Assembly (NCBI GenBank): GCA_964016885.1
Contig: OZ024742.1
Location: 359,786,001 to 359,850,000 of the forward strand
From: Eledone cirrhosa
Taxonomy: Eukaryota
Length of the DNA: 64,000 nucleotides
Reading direction: 5' to 3'
Shown: positions 48,711-62,468 of the stretch, one piece after another
Layout: each line of letters begins with the position of its first letter
Numbering within the stretch: the first letter of the stretch is position 1
Program-made: the position numbers and the translations under genes
Notes under the pieces: model-generated
Seen by the model: only the letters and a program-made list of their open reading frames with translations
Told to the model about the DNA's origin: nothing
Databases searched by the model: none

Positions 48711-48999
48711 CATCACTGCAACTATTACTACTATTATTATTATTATCATCGTTAATCTTATTATTATAGTTGTTTTCATTTATGTTATTCTCCCATGTAT
48801 CTATAAATACTAGTGCAAAGTATCATATACACGAATCAGTATTCTGACAATTTGGTCAGGTATCGACTGTAATTAAGGTCAAGTGACCTAACTTCTAACG
48901 ATCAGCTACTTTTAGACACACTGGACTAATGAAATAATTGTTAATACTTTAAATAAATCCTATTGTACAGCCGGCCATGTTATTCCTTATTATTTTACA

Positions 49000-49037
<38 letters not shown>

Positions 49038-49044
49038 GTGCTAT

Positions 49045-49290
49045 CTGCCCACAACAAAAATCACACTCGCATCTCATATCTCATAACAACAATTATTATA
49101 CGACACAATTATTTCACCTCAATTGGCCCCGCTCTCTTTAACATTACACCAAAACACATCAAAACGGAAACAGACCCCATAAAGTTCAAGAAGTCTTTGG
49201 ACAAATTCCTTTAAGAAATCCCGGATAAACCTCCTACACCCGGATATACCTCCGTAAACAATAACTCTTTACTTGAGTGGGTCATGGTGT
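49045..49290 (+). mobile_element. CR1/Crack-like LINE 3' fragment
   Basis: NYFTSIGPALFNITPKHIK...FKKSLDKFL*EIPDKPPTPGY...NSLLEW, a typical CR1-group ORF2 C-terminus. Confidence 0.6.
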
Positions 49291-49551
49291 CCAGATCCTG
49301 ATTTGGAAGACTTCGCCAGGCGAGAATATATGGTTTTCTCGTCTGTAACCGTATTTCTTCTGAAAACGAAATTCCAATACATATCTGTATACAACTATGC
49401 ATGAAGCTATTGCCTAATTCGATTTTATTATAAGGTGAGCCAACTTATATAGCTTCATATGCAAATGAGATTAATCACCTCATTTTCACAGACGAGAAAA
49501 CCATATATTCTCGCCTGTTTTCAAAGTCCAGCAGTTGCATGAGTGGGAAGG

Positions 49552-49597
49552 ATCGTGCTGATGAGAACCAGTTAAGTTCGAAATGCGCATTCACGAT
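49552..49597 (+). ncRNA. Minimal type I hammerhead ribozyme in PLE-like end 49300-49722
   Basis: atcgtg-CTGATGA-gaac cagttaa gttc-GAAA-tgcgc-ATT-cacgat; perfect stems I and II, palindromic stem III ATGCGCAT; surrounded by inverted (49317/49487) and direct (49347/49693) repeats. Confidence 0.85.
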
Positions 49598-49720
49598 TTT
49601 CCCCCTTGATTCGGCTGGACACCAACAGACGGCAGTAGTCGCTGGTGTTTTGGCATAGCTACGGCTCTCTAAATGTTTATTTTAAACATACTGTATTTCT
49701 TCTGAAATACGAAATTCCAA

Positions 49721-49759
<39 letters not shown>

Positions 49760-49760
<1 letters not shown>

Positions 49761-50870
49761 TAGTTCCACAACAGTTAATTCACCATTTCCGAGAACAATT
49801 ATTCCACCTTAATCGAATCATCAGCTTGGTTTAAATGAGATTGTACGTAAAAGAAAAAAACAATTGTACGACTACGCATGAGCAAGTCACTTCCCAAATG
49901 GGAGGAAACAACGGTAGATCGGGGAGAGGGTGACAACTGTGAAAACTCAGAATAATAATAGATTATTCCTGTTAGTCAGTCTGGAGCTTTGTAATAACGT
50001 AATAGGTGTTTCCAAACGTGCGGACAACGCGAGAAAAACTCAAACCTTGAATTTAGACAAGCGCTATTACGCAACTCAGGATATTGATTCTTTCTTCACT
50101 GCACAGCTCACAAGACTGATTCCCATTTCTGCATGGCTTAGACTTAGTAATAACTTTCCATGGAATGGAGTAATCTACGCCTGCGTCCTTGAGGGATCAT
50201 ATGTGACTCACGAGCTTTGTGGATGTTCGTTTGTCCGGGTATCTGAAGGTCGACAGATGATTCAAGAAGCGTTTTTTTAAACTGGCCCGCCACCATACCT
50301 ACATAGGATTTAACCTCTTATTGTTGATTTGGTTGGTTAGAAGTGACAACGGCTTCGTAAATTACAGCGGGTGTGTTACATTATTGTTGAAGGGCGTAAG
50401 CTTCAAGCCTTCGGCAAGACCATCCTGCTCTTAGGGTTATTGTTGATGTGGGCATTCATATTCATAGCACAGGAGTATCCTAGTTTCACCTTGTGTCTGT
50501 TAAAGATGGGGCAGTATTTATGACCTATGGGGAAGTGTCTAAGAGAGTTAAAAAAATTTTACCTACGTTAGTTTTAACATTGAGTGAGAAATGGGGTAGA
50601 ACCAAATTATTTTTCTATTAGTACGATTTCTTTTTCTATTGTTGTTGGCGTTAGTAGAGGAGCAAGCAACTGGTTGTGAGAAGCTGCTGTTAGCTAATGC
50701 TGTGTTGTAGTAGGTTGCCACTCTGTCAAAAATTGATTTATTAGAGGAAAGGTTAGAGATTCTAGAACCGATATTTTTCACAAAGTTTCTAAAAACTGTA
50801 GGTGGGTGGCATGAGTTCTTGTGTATGTAATTTAGTTTTTCATTTAGTTTATGGAACGGTCTGCATCTTC
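49760..50870 (-). mobile_element. Neptune-type Penelope-like element, 3' part
   Basis: HPPTVF..KNIGSRISNLSSNKSIFD...YNTAL...RKIIWFYP...NVGK motifs; degenerate hammerhead at its 3' end; (TA)n flank. Confidence 0.75.
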
Positions 50871-51899
50871 ATATATAGCTTGAGTGTATATCAGCCTCTC
50901 ATTAAATTTTGAGGCTTTTTATTTGATTTATGGAAACACTACTGAAATTATTATTGTTCACTTTGGTGTGCCATATGTAGTAATGTTGTTGGCTTGATAG
51001 GGGATTCCATGAATTGCTCTCTTTCCCATATAAGTGTTGTGGGAATGTTTGTGACTTATGGTAAATAAATTGAGTGTCTCTCAGTGGGTTGAGATGTGTG
51101 GCTATACTCGTTGCCATAGTCAGTAGCAGAAAGTAAAGCTGCCGTAACAATAACCGATGAGCAATAACAAACATCACTTCTATTATAATTTTTAATAAAA
51201 AATAACTTATGTCAAAGCTATTGTTGATAAAAGAGGAAAATAACAGGAACCAAGAGAATTGTGTGTTATGCTTGTGTGGTTGTTTGCATGAATGCAGTAG
51301 TAGTCTGACAAGGTGCATTGAACTAACAGTTACCATTGTGCCAACGCTGTCGAGTGGTCTGCAGTGTTTAAGTCCTACATCTCTCTACTTGTTAGAGCAG
51401 CTCTGTGTGATGTCTGTCTCTTCCAAGAAATGAGAGCAGAATGTTCTGAAGAAAGTCTTATCTCATATAACGTCATGTTGGCCAATTTCTTCAGACCAAC
51501 TGGCATCAATTAGAGATAAAGAAAAACTGAACACCGTGTTGTATATGTGGAGACCTGACTTTGTTGAGAGTTCAAATTACTGCTACAGATCCGTCATTAA
51601 CAGAAAAATTTAATATTTTTAGATCAATAATAGTGACTTTGGAAGCTGCAAGCAAAAATTGCCAGTGAAGAATAGATCATTTGGAAGAAAGTCTCATAAA
51701 TCTATGGCAAAGTTTTGAATGAAATTTCATTATTTTCTTAAACCCGGGCAATGCCAAATACTTATGTTAATATATATATATATATGTTAAATGATGATGA
51801 GCTTGGTGTTAGGAAGGGCATCCAGCTGTAGAAATCAAGCCAGTATCAGTTCCCGTCCCACCCTTGCAAGCAGGGAAAAGCAGACGTAAAATGATGATA

Positions 51900-52235
51900 T
51901 GGAGGCACATGGCTTAGTGGTTAGAGCATTGACCTTGCAATCGAAAGGTTGTGAGTTCAATTCTTAGACCGGGTGATGTGTTGTTTCCTTGAGCAAGGCA
52001 CTTTATTTCACATTGCTCCAGTTTACTCAGCTGTAGAAATGAGATGATAGGGACTGGGGTCCATATCATTCCACTGCAAAGTGGTCATGGAGGTGCCACG
52101 GCAAAAAAGCACCCAGCACTCACTGTAAATAAGGTTGGTGTTAGGAAGGGCATCCAGCTGTAGAAATCAAGCCACAATCAGTTCCTGTCCCACCCTTGCA
52201 AGCAGGGAAAAAGCGGACGTAAAATGAAATGATGA

Positions 52236-52240
<5 letters not shown>
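51900..52240 (+). mobile_element. tRNA-headed SINE with an RTE-like 3' tail ending in (GAT)n (extra tail copy at 51803-51898)
   Basis: ggaggcacatggcttagtgg (A box)...gtgagttcaattc (B box)...tccttgagcaaggcactt; tail ggtgttaggaagggcatccagctgtagaaa...gacgtaaaatgatgat is shared with the RTE 3' UTR at 58240-58504. Confidence 0.75.
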
Positions 52241-52304
<64 letters not shown>

Positions 52305-52749
52305 GTAAAAAAATGTTTTTTAACTTTTGAAATATTAAAATATTTTTTTTTCATTTTATCTTATTTATTTATCTGGAAAAATATGCAGTTGATAGAGGTA
52401 GTCATCATCCTGCATCTCCTTCTCATTGTATTCTGGCTGTTGATAGCTGCATGTGTGTAGCAGAAGCACATGCAGCTTTTATCTTGTGGAGATATCTCTT
52501 CAGGTTCCTGCTGTGATGTATACAGACCTAACAAGTTGGAGGTATACAGTTGCTAATCTACATGACATAAGGCTTAACTAAAATCATTGCCAGTTTTCAG
52601 AGTAGGAATTGGCTTTGACAGAGTCATTTGTGACTGAGAAGCCCTTTCAAAAGGAGAACACCTCTCTTCAGAGAGGTCTTGAAAAGGTGACCCAAACATC
52701 GTCAGTTCCACCATCAATCTGGTCAGCTACCTGTGGCTGACAACTGTTC

Positions 52750-54450
52750 ATATTGGCAGTAAAAACAAAAATAGTAATTTTCAGAAGAATTTTCAAAAGA
52801 ATAGAATACCACCAAATGTTTCGATGTGGAACATAAGACTTTTTGACAGGGAACCATCCACAAATGCAGAATGCAGGACTGCTATTGTTGGCAGAGAATT
52901 GAGAAGGTATAATATTGATATAGTTTCACTCTCTGAAACCCATCTTAGTGGAGAAGGTCATCTATCAGAGAGAAGTGCTGGCTATATGTTCTTCTACAAA
53001 GGGAAACCAAATGGGGAGAAAAAGAATGGAGGAGTAGTTTCACTGACAGAGATCACAAAACAACTGGATAAACCACAAGGCATTAGTGATTGTATCATGC
53101 ACCTAAGAGTTCCTCTTTCTAGGGACGTTTCATGACTGTTATCTCAGAATATCACCTACCCTGGATAATATCCAGGAATCAATCATGAATGTCTACCAAG
53201 ATTAACCTTGATTCCACATTCGAACAAGATCTTGCTTCTTAGAGATTTCAATGCATGTGAGGGAAAGGTTGACCACATCAGCAGTGCTTTAGGACATCAC
53301 AGCATAAGCAAGATGAATGCCAATGGTTTTCTCTTTTTGCAATTATGCACTGAGTGTGAGCTGGTCATGTACAATACTTTTTTTCAGCAAAAGGAGATCC
53401 ACAGGGCAACATGGATACACCAGAGATTCAAACATGGATACATTTTGGATTATATCATCACCAGGAAGAGACACCTCCAGGGTTCTGCTCTATAATAGTA
53501 ATGCATGGTGCAGAATCTGGTATAGACCACAAATGTGTACATAGCATGATGAAAGTACAGATCAGAGGAACAGTTTAAAATACAGATTTACAGTACTGGG
53601 GTTGATGTACTTAGCCTTAAGAAGACAAAACACTAGGCCTGGTTTAATGATAATGATGCTACAATCACCATGCTCATTGAAGAGAATAACTGGTGGTCTG
53701 AAGTCTCAGTAGAGATGCAAAAATCTTGTAACTGCAGAGACTTGAAGGCATTATACAGCACAATAAGGAAAGTTCTAGGCCTAGTAGGAATCATGAGTCA
53801 ATGGACTGTGCTGCATTATTGCCTGTTTCCCAATGATGCAGTGGCTGCAAACAATTTTCATCAGGAATGCCAGACACTGATGGACCACTTCTCCCAGGCC
53901 TGTAGAGACTTCAGACTGACGATCAAGAAGACATACACCTTGGGGTAGGATATAGAGACACCACTAGACATCAAAATCAATGACTACGAGCTTGATGTCA
54001 TCCATCAGTTCACTTACCATGGCTCCACCATCACTGAGAACCTTTACCTGGACACAGAGCTAGACAAAAGAATTGGGAAGGCAGCCACAACACTTGCATG
54101 CCTCATAACCCGAGTGTGGACAAACACTAAGGTAAAGACAAAGATAGCATAATACAACACCTGTGTCATTGGCACACTGCTGTATGGCAGTGAGACATGG
54201 ACCACTAATGCCAGACAGGAAAGGTGACTCAACACATTCCACCTGAGAAGCCTATACCGCATCCTGGGTATATCCTGGCAGGACAGAGTGCCCAACGCCA
54301 AGGACCTTATTCATACTGGCCTTTCCAGCATGATCACCCTGCTCCGACAGCACAAACCACATGAATGATCGCTGCATCCCAAAAGACATCCTTTACAGAG
54401 AGCTGATATCTGGAAAGAGAGCCACTGATCAACCTCAGCTGTGATATAAG
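52750..54450 (+). mobile_element. Decayed, internally deleted RTE/BovB-like LINE
   Basis: WNIR...RTAIVGRELRRYNIDIVSLSETHLSGEG, DFNA, TWIH..KHGYILDYII (APE); LFxxDA, FTYxGS, RIGKAA, LLYGSETW (RT and C-terminus). Confidence 0.85.
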
Positions 54451-54879
54451 GTCGTTTTTATAACTATATGTCTCATTAGTAACCTACTAGAGGCTACTAA
54501 TGAGACATATAGCTGGATCAAAGCACCAGCTTAACTGAGGTTAACCTGGTCAAGAAACTATGAAGACATGAATCTTACTGGAATTGATTAGTAACAAAGG
54601 GACACTGAATTATACTAAGTGGCAGGTGGAAAGAGGACCTTAAGATATTGTGTACTAACAGATACTGAAACATACAGATACTCATAATAAACTTAATGTG
54701 GCCAAATGTTTAGAAAGTTCAATATACAATCATATCTCACTACATGGAATGTCAAGCAAGTTTTATTTGCCATTGCTTCATATCAACCTACATTTGAGTA
54801 GAACAGGGTAAACGGAAACTGTTAGGAAACCTGTCAAGAATCTAGCCTTGTCACATGCTGTGTCACACAGAGTGTCACA

Positions 54880-55175
54880 GTGTCACACTGAATTGTACTA
54901 ACCACACACACATGCTTTTTAATGGGGCAACTAAAATTAAGAAAATAATCACTATTATTGTTTTTATATCTGTTTTCCACACTGGCAAGGGTTGGACAGG
55001 TCCTATTCAGCACAGCATCTCTCCACTCATATGTCTTCATCATCTCCTCTGTATGTCATCTCTCTATATGTCACATTCCTTTGTCATCTGAGTCTCAGTG
55101 ATTTGAGGTCAGCTCTCACCACCTCTGCCCAAGTCTTTCTTGGTCTGCCTCTACTGCAGCTGTTATCCATTAGCA
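54880..55175 (-). mobile_element. RTE LINE 3' remnant
   Basis: RGRPRKTWAEVVRADLKSLRL...WRDAVL..T motif on the minus strand. Confidence 0.6.
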
Positions 55176-55657
55176 TTTTATAAACAGACATTCTGAAATA
55201 TATTATTAGAGTACCCAGCCAGAATGTTCTGAAATCCCCACCCTGTTTAATCATTAGATCTGATGTGAAGGTAGCATTTGGGATGTGAATGCCTTTCCTA
55301 ATAGTATTAACAGTGCAAATGGAATGAATTAGAGTGATAAAAGCAATCAAAACCAAGTCCCAAATTAAGTTCATTGGGAGTCTCACTCTCTTTCTCTCTT
55401 CTTTCCCCTTCTTCCTCTCTCTCTCCTCTTCTTTCCTCTCCTTCTCTCCTCCCATACTCTCCTTCCCCTTCCCTTTCCTCTTCTCTCCCCTCCCTCCTCC
55501 TCCCTCTTCTCCCCCTTCTCTCTTTGGTGCTTGAGAAAACAAAAAATAAAATGCAATAATGAATTAAATCAAATATGAAAACTATAAAAAAAAAAGATAA
55601 CTCAGAACATAGGAACTTTCATGAAATATAAAAGAAACTCAAAAAGAAATGTCGGAT

Positions 55658-55825
55658 TTAATGGTGCGTTCCTTCTAATAATCTTTCTCGATTTGCTTCC
55701 TGATTAAGATCCAAAATTTGACTGATCCGAAATTCCGCTTCTTGACCACAGTTTGTGAGTCTAAGATCCAAGAGAAGAACTGTTGTGTTTACCTCAAGAC
55801 TTTCCCTGAGCAGCTTACCACCTTC
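55658..55825 (-). CDS. TCTE1: Last coding exon of dynein regulatory complex subunit 5 (TCTE1/DRC5)
   Basis: Acceptor ttttctcctctccattgcag|; translates EGGKLLRESLEVNTTVLLLDLRLTNCGQEAEFRISQILDLNQEANRERLLEGTHH*, phase-0 continuation of the upstream exon and matching the DRC5 C-terminus (GGKxLxE...DLRLT...QE.E..I). Confidence 0.85.
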   Translation of the reverse strand, partial: EGGKLLRESLEVNTTVLLLDLRLTNCGQEAEFRISQILDLNQEANRERLLEGTHH

Positions 55826-56327
55826 CTGCAATGGAGAGGAGAAAAATATATATCATCAAATACTGCTGTTTTAGATGTAATTTGAAGATTGTGTTTGTAT
55901 ATATTTCAATATAAGGATTTGCTTACAGAGCAAAAGGAAAACGGACATTAAATGATGATGATGGTGGTGATGGTGATGATGGTGGCCATCGTGGTGATGG
56001 TGATGATGGTGGCCATGGTGGTCATGGTGATGATGGTGGCCATGGTGGTCATCATCATCAGGGAACAGAGTATGCTCACGTGAATTCATCTGTATGTTCA
56101 TATAGATATTTAGCTGTGTGATAATTTCTATACTTGCGTATGTAAATAACATATATAACAATATATATATATATATGCATATGTAGATATATTTGTATAT
56201 GTACATGTATATAAGTACATATATATATATATTAATACATATATACACACACATGTACAAATATGTATAGATATATACACATATGTACAAATATATATAT
56301 ATATATATACATATATACACCCACCTA

Positions 56328-56329
<2 letters not shown>

Positions 56330-56359
<30 letters not shown>

Positions 56360-57095
56360 ACGTTTAACGTCCATCTTCCACACTTGCATGGGTTTGGACG
56401 GGAGTTTTCCCACTTGAGGCAAGAGTGGTTGTCAGGCTCGCATAGGACTGTCTGGCGGGTTTTCTACGGCTGGGTGCCCTTCCTAACACCAACTACGTTT
56501 ACAGTGTGGAGTGGGAGGTTTTTACCGTGTGACATACACGGCCACATTACAGCGTGGACTGTGTGGTTTTTTGTCGTGACACCTACACAATCTCATTAGT
56601 TTGGACTGGATGTTGTGGTACCAACATAACTTTACATCGAAAGGGGTGGTGTGGATGAGGTGGGGTAGTGGGACGGGGGTGTATTTTGTTAGAGGTGCCT
56701 ACTGACTGTAGTAGGTTTCACTTTGTACTTAGGTAAGGCGGGTCTTCTCTATTACTGAGTACCGCCAAAGATCTCGGTCCAGTGACATTGTCTTGGAGAG
56801 GTGTAAGTGTGTGAGGTCGGAGTTTATCAGCTCGTCCCAGGTTTTTCTGGGTCTGCCTACTCCGTGGCTACTGTCTATTTTTATCGCCCTGCACATTTTT
56901 ATACAGCTGTCGTCTTTCATGCGCATCACGTGACCATACCAACGTAGCCTTCTCTCGAGTAAACAACATCTGATCCCTCTTATTCCTAATTTCTCCCTTA
57001 GTTCGTTTATGCTTTGCCGTTCACGTATATTACTATTACACATCCAGCGGAGCATGCAAGTTTCGTTCCTCTCTAGTCTGCGTATATCCTCTGCA
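56330..57095 (-). mobile_element. RTE-clade LINE 3' end (ORF C-terminus + 3' UTR + (GAT)n tail), intronic
   Basis: RRLERNETCMLRWMC...RRLRWYGHVMRM...GRPRKTW...DRDLWR*, then a UTR ending in (GAT)n. Confidence 0.88.
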
Positions 57096-57519
57096 CACAA
57101 TATATATATATATATATATATACATACACACACACACACAGATATATATATACATATATACACACACACACACACACAGATATATATATATATACATCTA
57201 TACACATGTGTACAAATAAATATATATACATATGTACAAGTATATATAGATATATACACATATGTACAGATATATATCCACACACACACATATATATATA
57301 TATATACATACATCAAATGTATGTACAGATATATATATACACACACACACATATATACACACACACATATACACACACACACATGTATATACATACATCA
57401 AATGTATATACATACGTAACTATTTCTAATGTAAGTGGAAATCCTTTGATATAGGGCAGCATTGATAAAAACATTTAGCATCAAAAACAAAGTGAAACGA
57501 TTCTAATTCAGGGAAGAAA

Positions 57520-57576
<57 letters not shown>

Positions 57577-58047
57577 TGTGTGTGTGTGTGAACATGTGTG
57601 TGTGTGTGTAAACATGTGTGTGTGTGTATGTGAACATGTGTGTATGAACGTGTGTGTGTGTGTGTGTGAACATGTGTGTGTGTGAACATGTGTGTGTGTG
57701 TGAACATGTGTGTGTGTGTGTAAAAATGTGTGTGTGTGTGTGTGAACGTGTGTGTGTGTATGTGATCATGTGTGTATGAACGTGTGTGTGTGTGTGTATG
57801 TGTGAACATGTGTGTAAGCGTGTGTGTGTGTGAACATGTGTGTGTGTGTATAAATTTGTGTTTTTGAGCAGACATGCATGGACAGTACACGTGTGTTGTG
57901 CACATGCACAAACATGAATACATGTGTGTTTACATGTTTCTATATCTGTGTTCATACATTTAGGGAACCAAAAGTTAAATACATCACACACAAGAGGAAC
58001 ATATATATATATATATATATACGTGTGTATGTATATATATATATATA

Positions 58048-58504
58048 CCCCCGTCCCACCACCCCCACCCCATCCACACCGCCCCTTTCAATGTAAAGTT
58101 ATGTTGGTGCCACAACATCCAGGCCGAAACAAATGAGATCGTGTAGGTGTCACGAGAAAAAACACACAGTCCACGCTGTAATGTGGCCGTGTAGGCAACA
58201 CGGTAAAAACCTCCCAGCCCCACACTGTAAATGTGGTTGGTGTTAGGAAGGGCATCCAGCTGTAGAAAACCCGCCAGACAGTCCACGCTGTAATGTGGCC
58301 GTGTAGGTAACACAATAAAAACCTCCCAGTCCCACACTGTAAATGTGGTTGGTGTTAGGAAGGGCATCCAGCTGTAGAAAACCCGCCAGACAGTCCTATG
58401 CAAGCAAGACAACCACTCTTGCCTCAAGTGGGAAAACTCCCGTCCAAACCCATGCAAGCGTGGAACATGGACGTTAAACGATGATGATGATGATGATGAT
58501 GATG
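58048..58504 (+). mobile_element. Second RTE 3' UTR copy with an internal duplication, inverted relative to 56330-56680
   Basis: Reverse complement of 56330-56680; ~120-bp internal tandem duplication; (GAT)n tail. Confidence 0.8.
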
Positions 58505-58572
<68 letters not shown>

Positions 58573-59594
58573 GGAAAAAAATGAAACGATATTTCATTTC
58601 CCACTCTTAGTACGGCTGTTACTTAAATATAAGTATAAGTATGTACACGTACATGCATATATACATACAGACGTACAGTAGTATGTATATATATATACAT
58701 ACATGCACACATATATATATGCACATATGGATTCACCGAACATTTATTATAATGCTCGGTGTGTTTGTAAACAAACATCCCGTATTAAGCCGTAGTGTCT
58801 AGCAACCACCGTTGCTCATTTGTTCAACACTGACAAAGGAACGCTGTACTAGTTTCAAGCTTGTTAGCTATCGTCATATATATATATGCACATATTTCCA
58901 TAGTTGTATACATGATGTTCCTGAAACACACAGTAAAGAGGTCATGTAGGTGTCATGACAAAAAGCCATCAATTCACACTGGAGCTCCATTGAATCAAAG
59001 GATCAAATCGGCAACAGGTTGTTGGATATGTGAATTATGTCTTTGTACCAGTCACCATTGAGACCTCTGCTTTCCTTGGACCCCAGACAGCTGACCCCCT
59101 CTGTAAAATCAAATCGATAGCAAACTATCTAAGAAGGGAACCCTGGCATTTATAGTTCTTTCCAATACTGATATATGTTTCTGTATTTAAAATATTAACT
59201 TGTCCACAGAAGGGAATTATGTTGTGTGGAATTACAACAAAAAAAAACAAATTGTCAGATAATTTTCTCGTGCTACGTGTGGTATTCCATTGTTTACTCC
59301 GGCCAGACACTCTTCCCAATGGTAATTCCATTATAGTATGTACTAGAAGCATCCTTCATGACACCATCACTACCCATTTATTGGAACTGGGTACTTTTTG
59401 TCATGGTCCCAGCATGGAAAAATCAACGTAAAAAAGGCGGTGATGATGGTGATGATGGTGATGGTGATGACGATGGTGATGATGGTGAGGATAGAATGGT
59501 TAGCACCAGAACACCTTTGATAATAGATTTACTCAATCAGAGCTGCTCTGTGGATAGATAATCAACTACGAAGGAATTTGTCTGCTATGACATA

Positions 59595-59775
59595 TAATTG
59601 TTTCTACTTTTGACACAAGGCCAGCAATTATCCCAGTACATTACTGGTACTTTATTTTATCGACCCCGTAAGGATGAAAGGTAAAGTTAACCTCGACGGG
59701 ATTTAAACTCAAACTGTAAAGGGACATAACTATGCTAGAAAGCATGGCGTCCGACCCACTACCGATACTGCCAAG
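59595..59775 (-). mobile_element. SINE copy
   Basis: Same family as 2944-3131. Confidence 0.8.
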
Positions 59776-60194
59776 TTGATATATCTGTTGTTGATTCTAG
59801 GTAATACCATTCAATGACAAACTGCTGAATCAGTGTTATTTGCTCAACTGTGCACACAAAATGCATGTTCTTGTATTCTGTTTCTTCTTCATCATCATTT
59901 AACATCTATTATCTAGTCTTGTATGGGTTAGAAGGACATGTCATGTGCTAAGGTTAGACATGTCAGGCTTGAATTTCTGTGGCTCTTCCTAATTCTAACC
60001 ACATTACACTGTCTACAGGAAGTATTTTATCATTACTCTGGTACAACCACCTTACAGGGTAGACTGGATGCTTTTTATCATAGCACCAGCACTACTGCCT
60101 TAGAGGGTGATCTGGATGCCACCTTACTAGGTAGGCTGGATCTTTTTTATCATGGTACCAGCACTACCGCATGTGTGTGACAGTAATGTGTGAA

Positions 60195-60383
60195 TAATTG
60201 TTTCTACTTTTGGCACAAGGCCAGCAATTATCCCAGTGTATTACAGGTAATTTATTTTATCGACCCCTGTAAGGATGAAAGGCAAAGTTAATCTCGACAG
60301 GATTTGAACTCAAACCATAAAGGGCCGTAACTCTTTGCTGCAAAGAATGGCATCCAACCCTCTACCGATACTACCAATCCACT
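60195..60383 (-). mobile_element. SINE copy
   Basis: Same family as 2944-3131. Confidence 0.8.
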
Positions 60384-60772
60384 GATGTGTGAATAATAGT
60401 GTTTATTTATGTGTGTTTAAAAATAAAAGAAAGAAATCTACAATTCATCAATATTGGCATTAAAAAAAAAGAAACATAAAGAAAAATTCAATAAGAAAAG
60501 ACGGGGACACACACACACACACACACACAGACCCTAGACCCCTGTCTTGTTAGTTTTTCTCAGCTGAGTCCAACAGACAAAATGGTGAACAACCAGTGAT
60601 ACCCATGTTTGTATATTATTCTATGACAACTACAGCTTAGCTTGTGGTAAGGAAATGATGAGTGGGAAGGTGGCAAACTCATCAGGCTGCAGGTTTCGTA
60701 TCGTGTAGTTTCTTGCTACCGCCTCCTCTTGTTCCTCTTTCTCACTCATACTTCACATTGGGTCTGAGAACT

Positions 60773-61035
60773 GTGAAATGGCAGAATCATTAGTGAGTCG
60801 GATGAAATACATCGCAGTAATTCATCAACTTCTATGAAAAGATTAACTTTGCCTTTCATCCTTTCAAGGTTGATGAAATAAGGTACCAATATAAAGTAGT
60901 GGTGCCAGTATCATTGACCTTTCTCTTCTCCCCAAAATTGTTCATCTTGTGCTTAAATTAGAAATCATTATTGGCTCCTGCCAAGACCAACTTTGCCTTT
61001 CATCCTTCTGGGGTTGGTAAAATAAAGTACCATAT
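60773..61035 (+). mobile_element. Degenerate SINE copies
   Basis: ggcagaatcattag...actttgcctttcatcc...gtacca...aaattagaaa. Confidence 0.65.
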
Positions 61036-61446
61036 TTTCCCATATATACCAGTTTTTTTCACCTTTTTTCTTTGTTTGCTCTAGGCTTTTTTTTCTTGAC
61101 ATATTGCTAAGACAAAAAGGAATGCATGTTATACATGTCATGACAAAAAGCACCCAGCAAACACTGTAAATGAGGTTGGTGCTAGGAAGGTAATCCAGCC
61201 AGAAACAGTTCTGTATGAGTAAGACACAGTCACCTGACCTAACTTGCCTCAAATGAGACATCCCATCTAACACATACTAGCATAGAAAGTGGATGTTAAA
61301 CGAAGATATGAATGCATGCAATACACAGAAGAACATGGTACCAGTAATGTACTGGGGTCGGTAAGATCGATTTTTCCCCTGTTCCTAAAATTGTTGCCCT
61401 TGGGCCTAAATTAGAAAACATTTTAAACAAGAACCAAACCACTTAC

Positions 61447-62468
61447 CTCTGTGATATCGTTACAAGAAATGTCAATGGATACTAAATTTATGTTGGTTCT
61501 AAGGACCTGAGATAATGCTATAACAGTTGTTTCTCCCATCATATTGGCTGCCACATTCAGTTCTTGAAGAGATGTGTTTCTGGTCAGAGCTTTAAAAATA
61601 CAATGCCCTCCTTCATCACCAATTTTGTTCAACCTCAGATTCAAGTACTTTAGTTTCTCTGTCTTAATCAATGCATGAGCCAGGGCTTGTCCTCCACAAA
61701 CATGTATTTTATTGTTACATAAATTTAGTCTCAAAATCCGATCACAGCTGGTTATTAACTTGCCAATTGCTTTGGCTCCGCGATCCCCAATGTTGTTGTG
61801 TGATAAGTCAATTTCCTCTATGGTTGGGTGTTCCAGTAGATGATACATCAACATGCGTGTCTGTTCATCATTCACTTTACTTCGATGAATATGAAGAACT
61901 TTTAGGGTTCTACAATTCTGAATTGCTTCACATAGCTTTTGGCAATCTTTTTTAGTGAACTGAAACATAGACCAAGTAAAATTCATCCCACAGTCTCTGA
62001 CACTGTAAGTAATATGTAACTCCTCAAGAGATTTCAGCTGTGTCATAACTGAATACATATCAAAATGGTCACTGTCATGTTCTCTGTCACTATTAGAATC
62101 AGAATAATCATCTAAAAGATCAATAGCTTTATCTTCACATGCAACAGGTGGTAATAGCTGCCCAATATTGATACATTTGATATAATCTGAAGAATACTGC
62201 AAAGTTTCATTTATTTCGGTCAGATCGGTTCTTTCAGGTACAAATAATTCAATGATATTCTCTAGGTTCCTTTCAAAATACATCCGTTTCCAGTTGTTAC
62301 CATAATCAGAAACATTACAGAGAGCCCAACGCTTCTGACAACATCTTTTCCAATAACATTCTTCATCAATGAGCCCAGCTGTTATCTTCAGAGGTAAAGT
62401 CACTGATAACTTCTCTAGAACTTTGTCTTTGTGTTTAGGTGTCATTTTTTGAAAATATGTTGAATTAT
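61447..62468 (-). CDS. TCTE1: Large internal exon of TCTE1/DRC5 (leucine-rich-repeat ciliary/flagellar protein); upstream exon(s) not found in the window
   Basis: Acceptor ccttatttcag| and donor GAG|gtaagt; YWKRCCQKRW...WKRMYFERNLENIIELFVP...IGQLLPP...YSVRDCGMNFTWSMFQFT, followed by RI-like LRRs, characteristic of DRC5. Confidence 0.9.

Noticed and set aside
50870-51770. Possible old Helitron (cccgggcaatgcc hairpin-like remnant near 51743)
   Set aside because: No clear TC/CTAG termini remain; too degenerate to call.
51900-51972. tRNA gene candidate
   Set aside because: A and B boxes are present but the acceptor stem does not close and the sequence continues into a SINE body.
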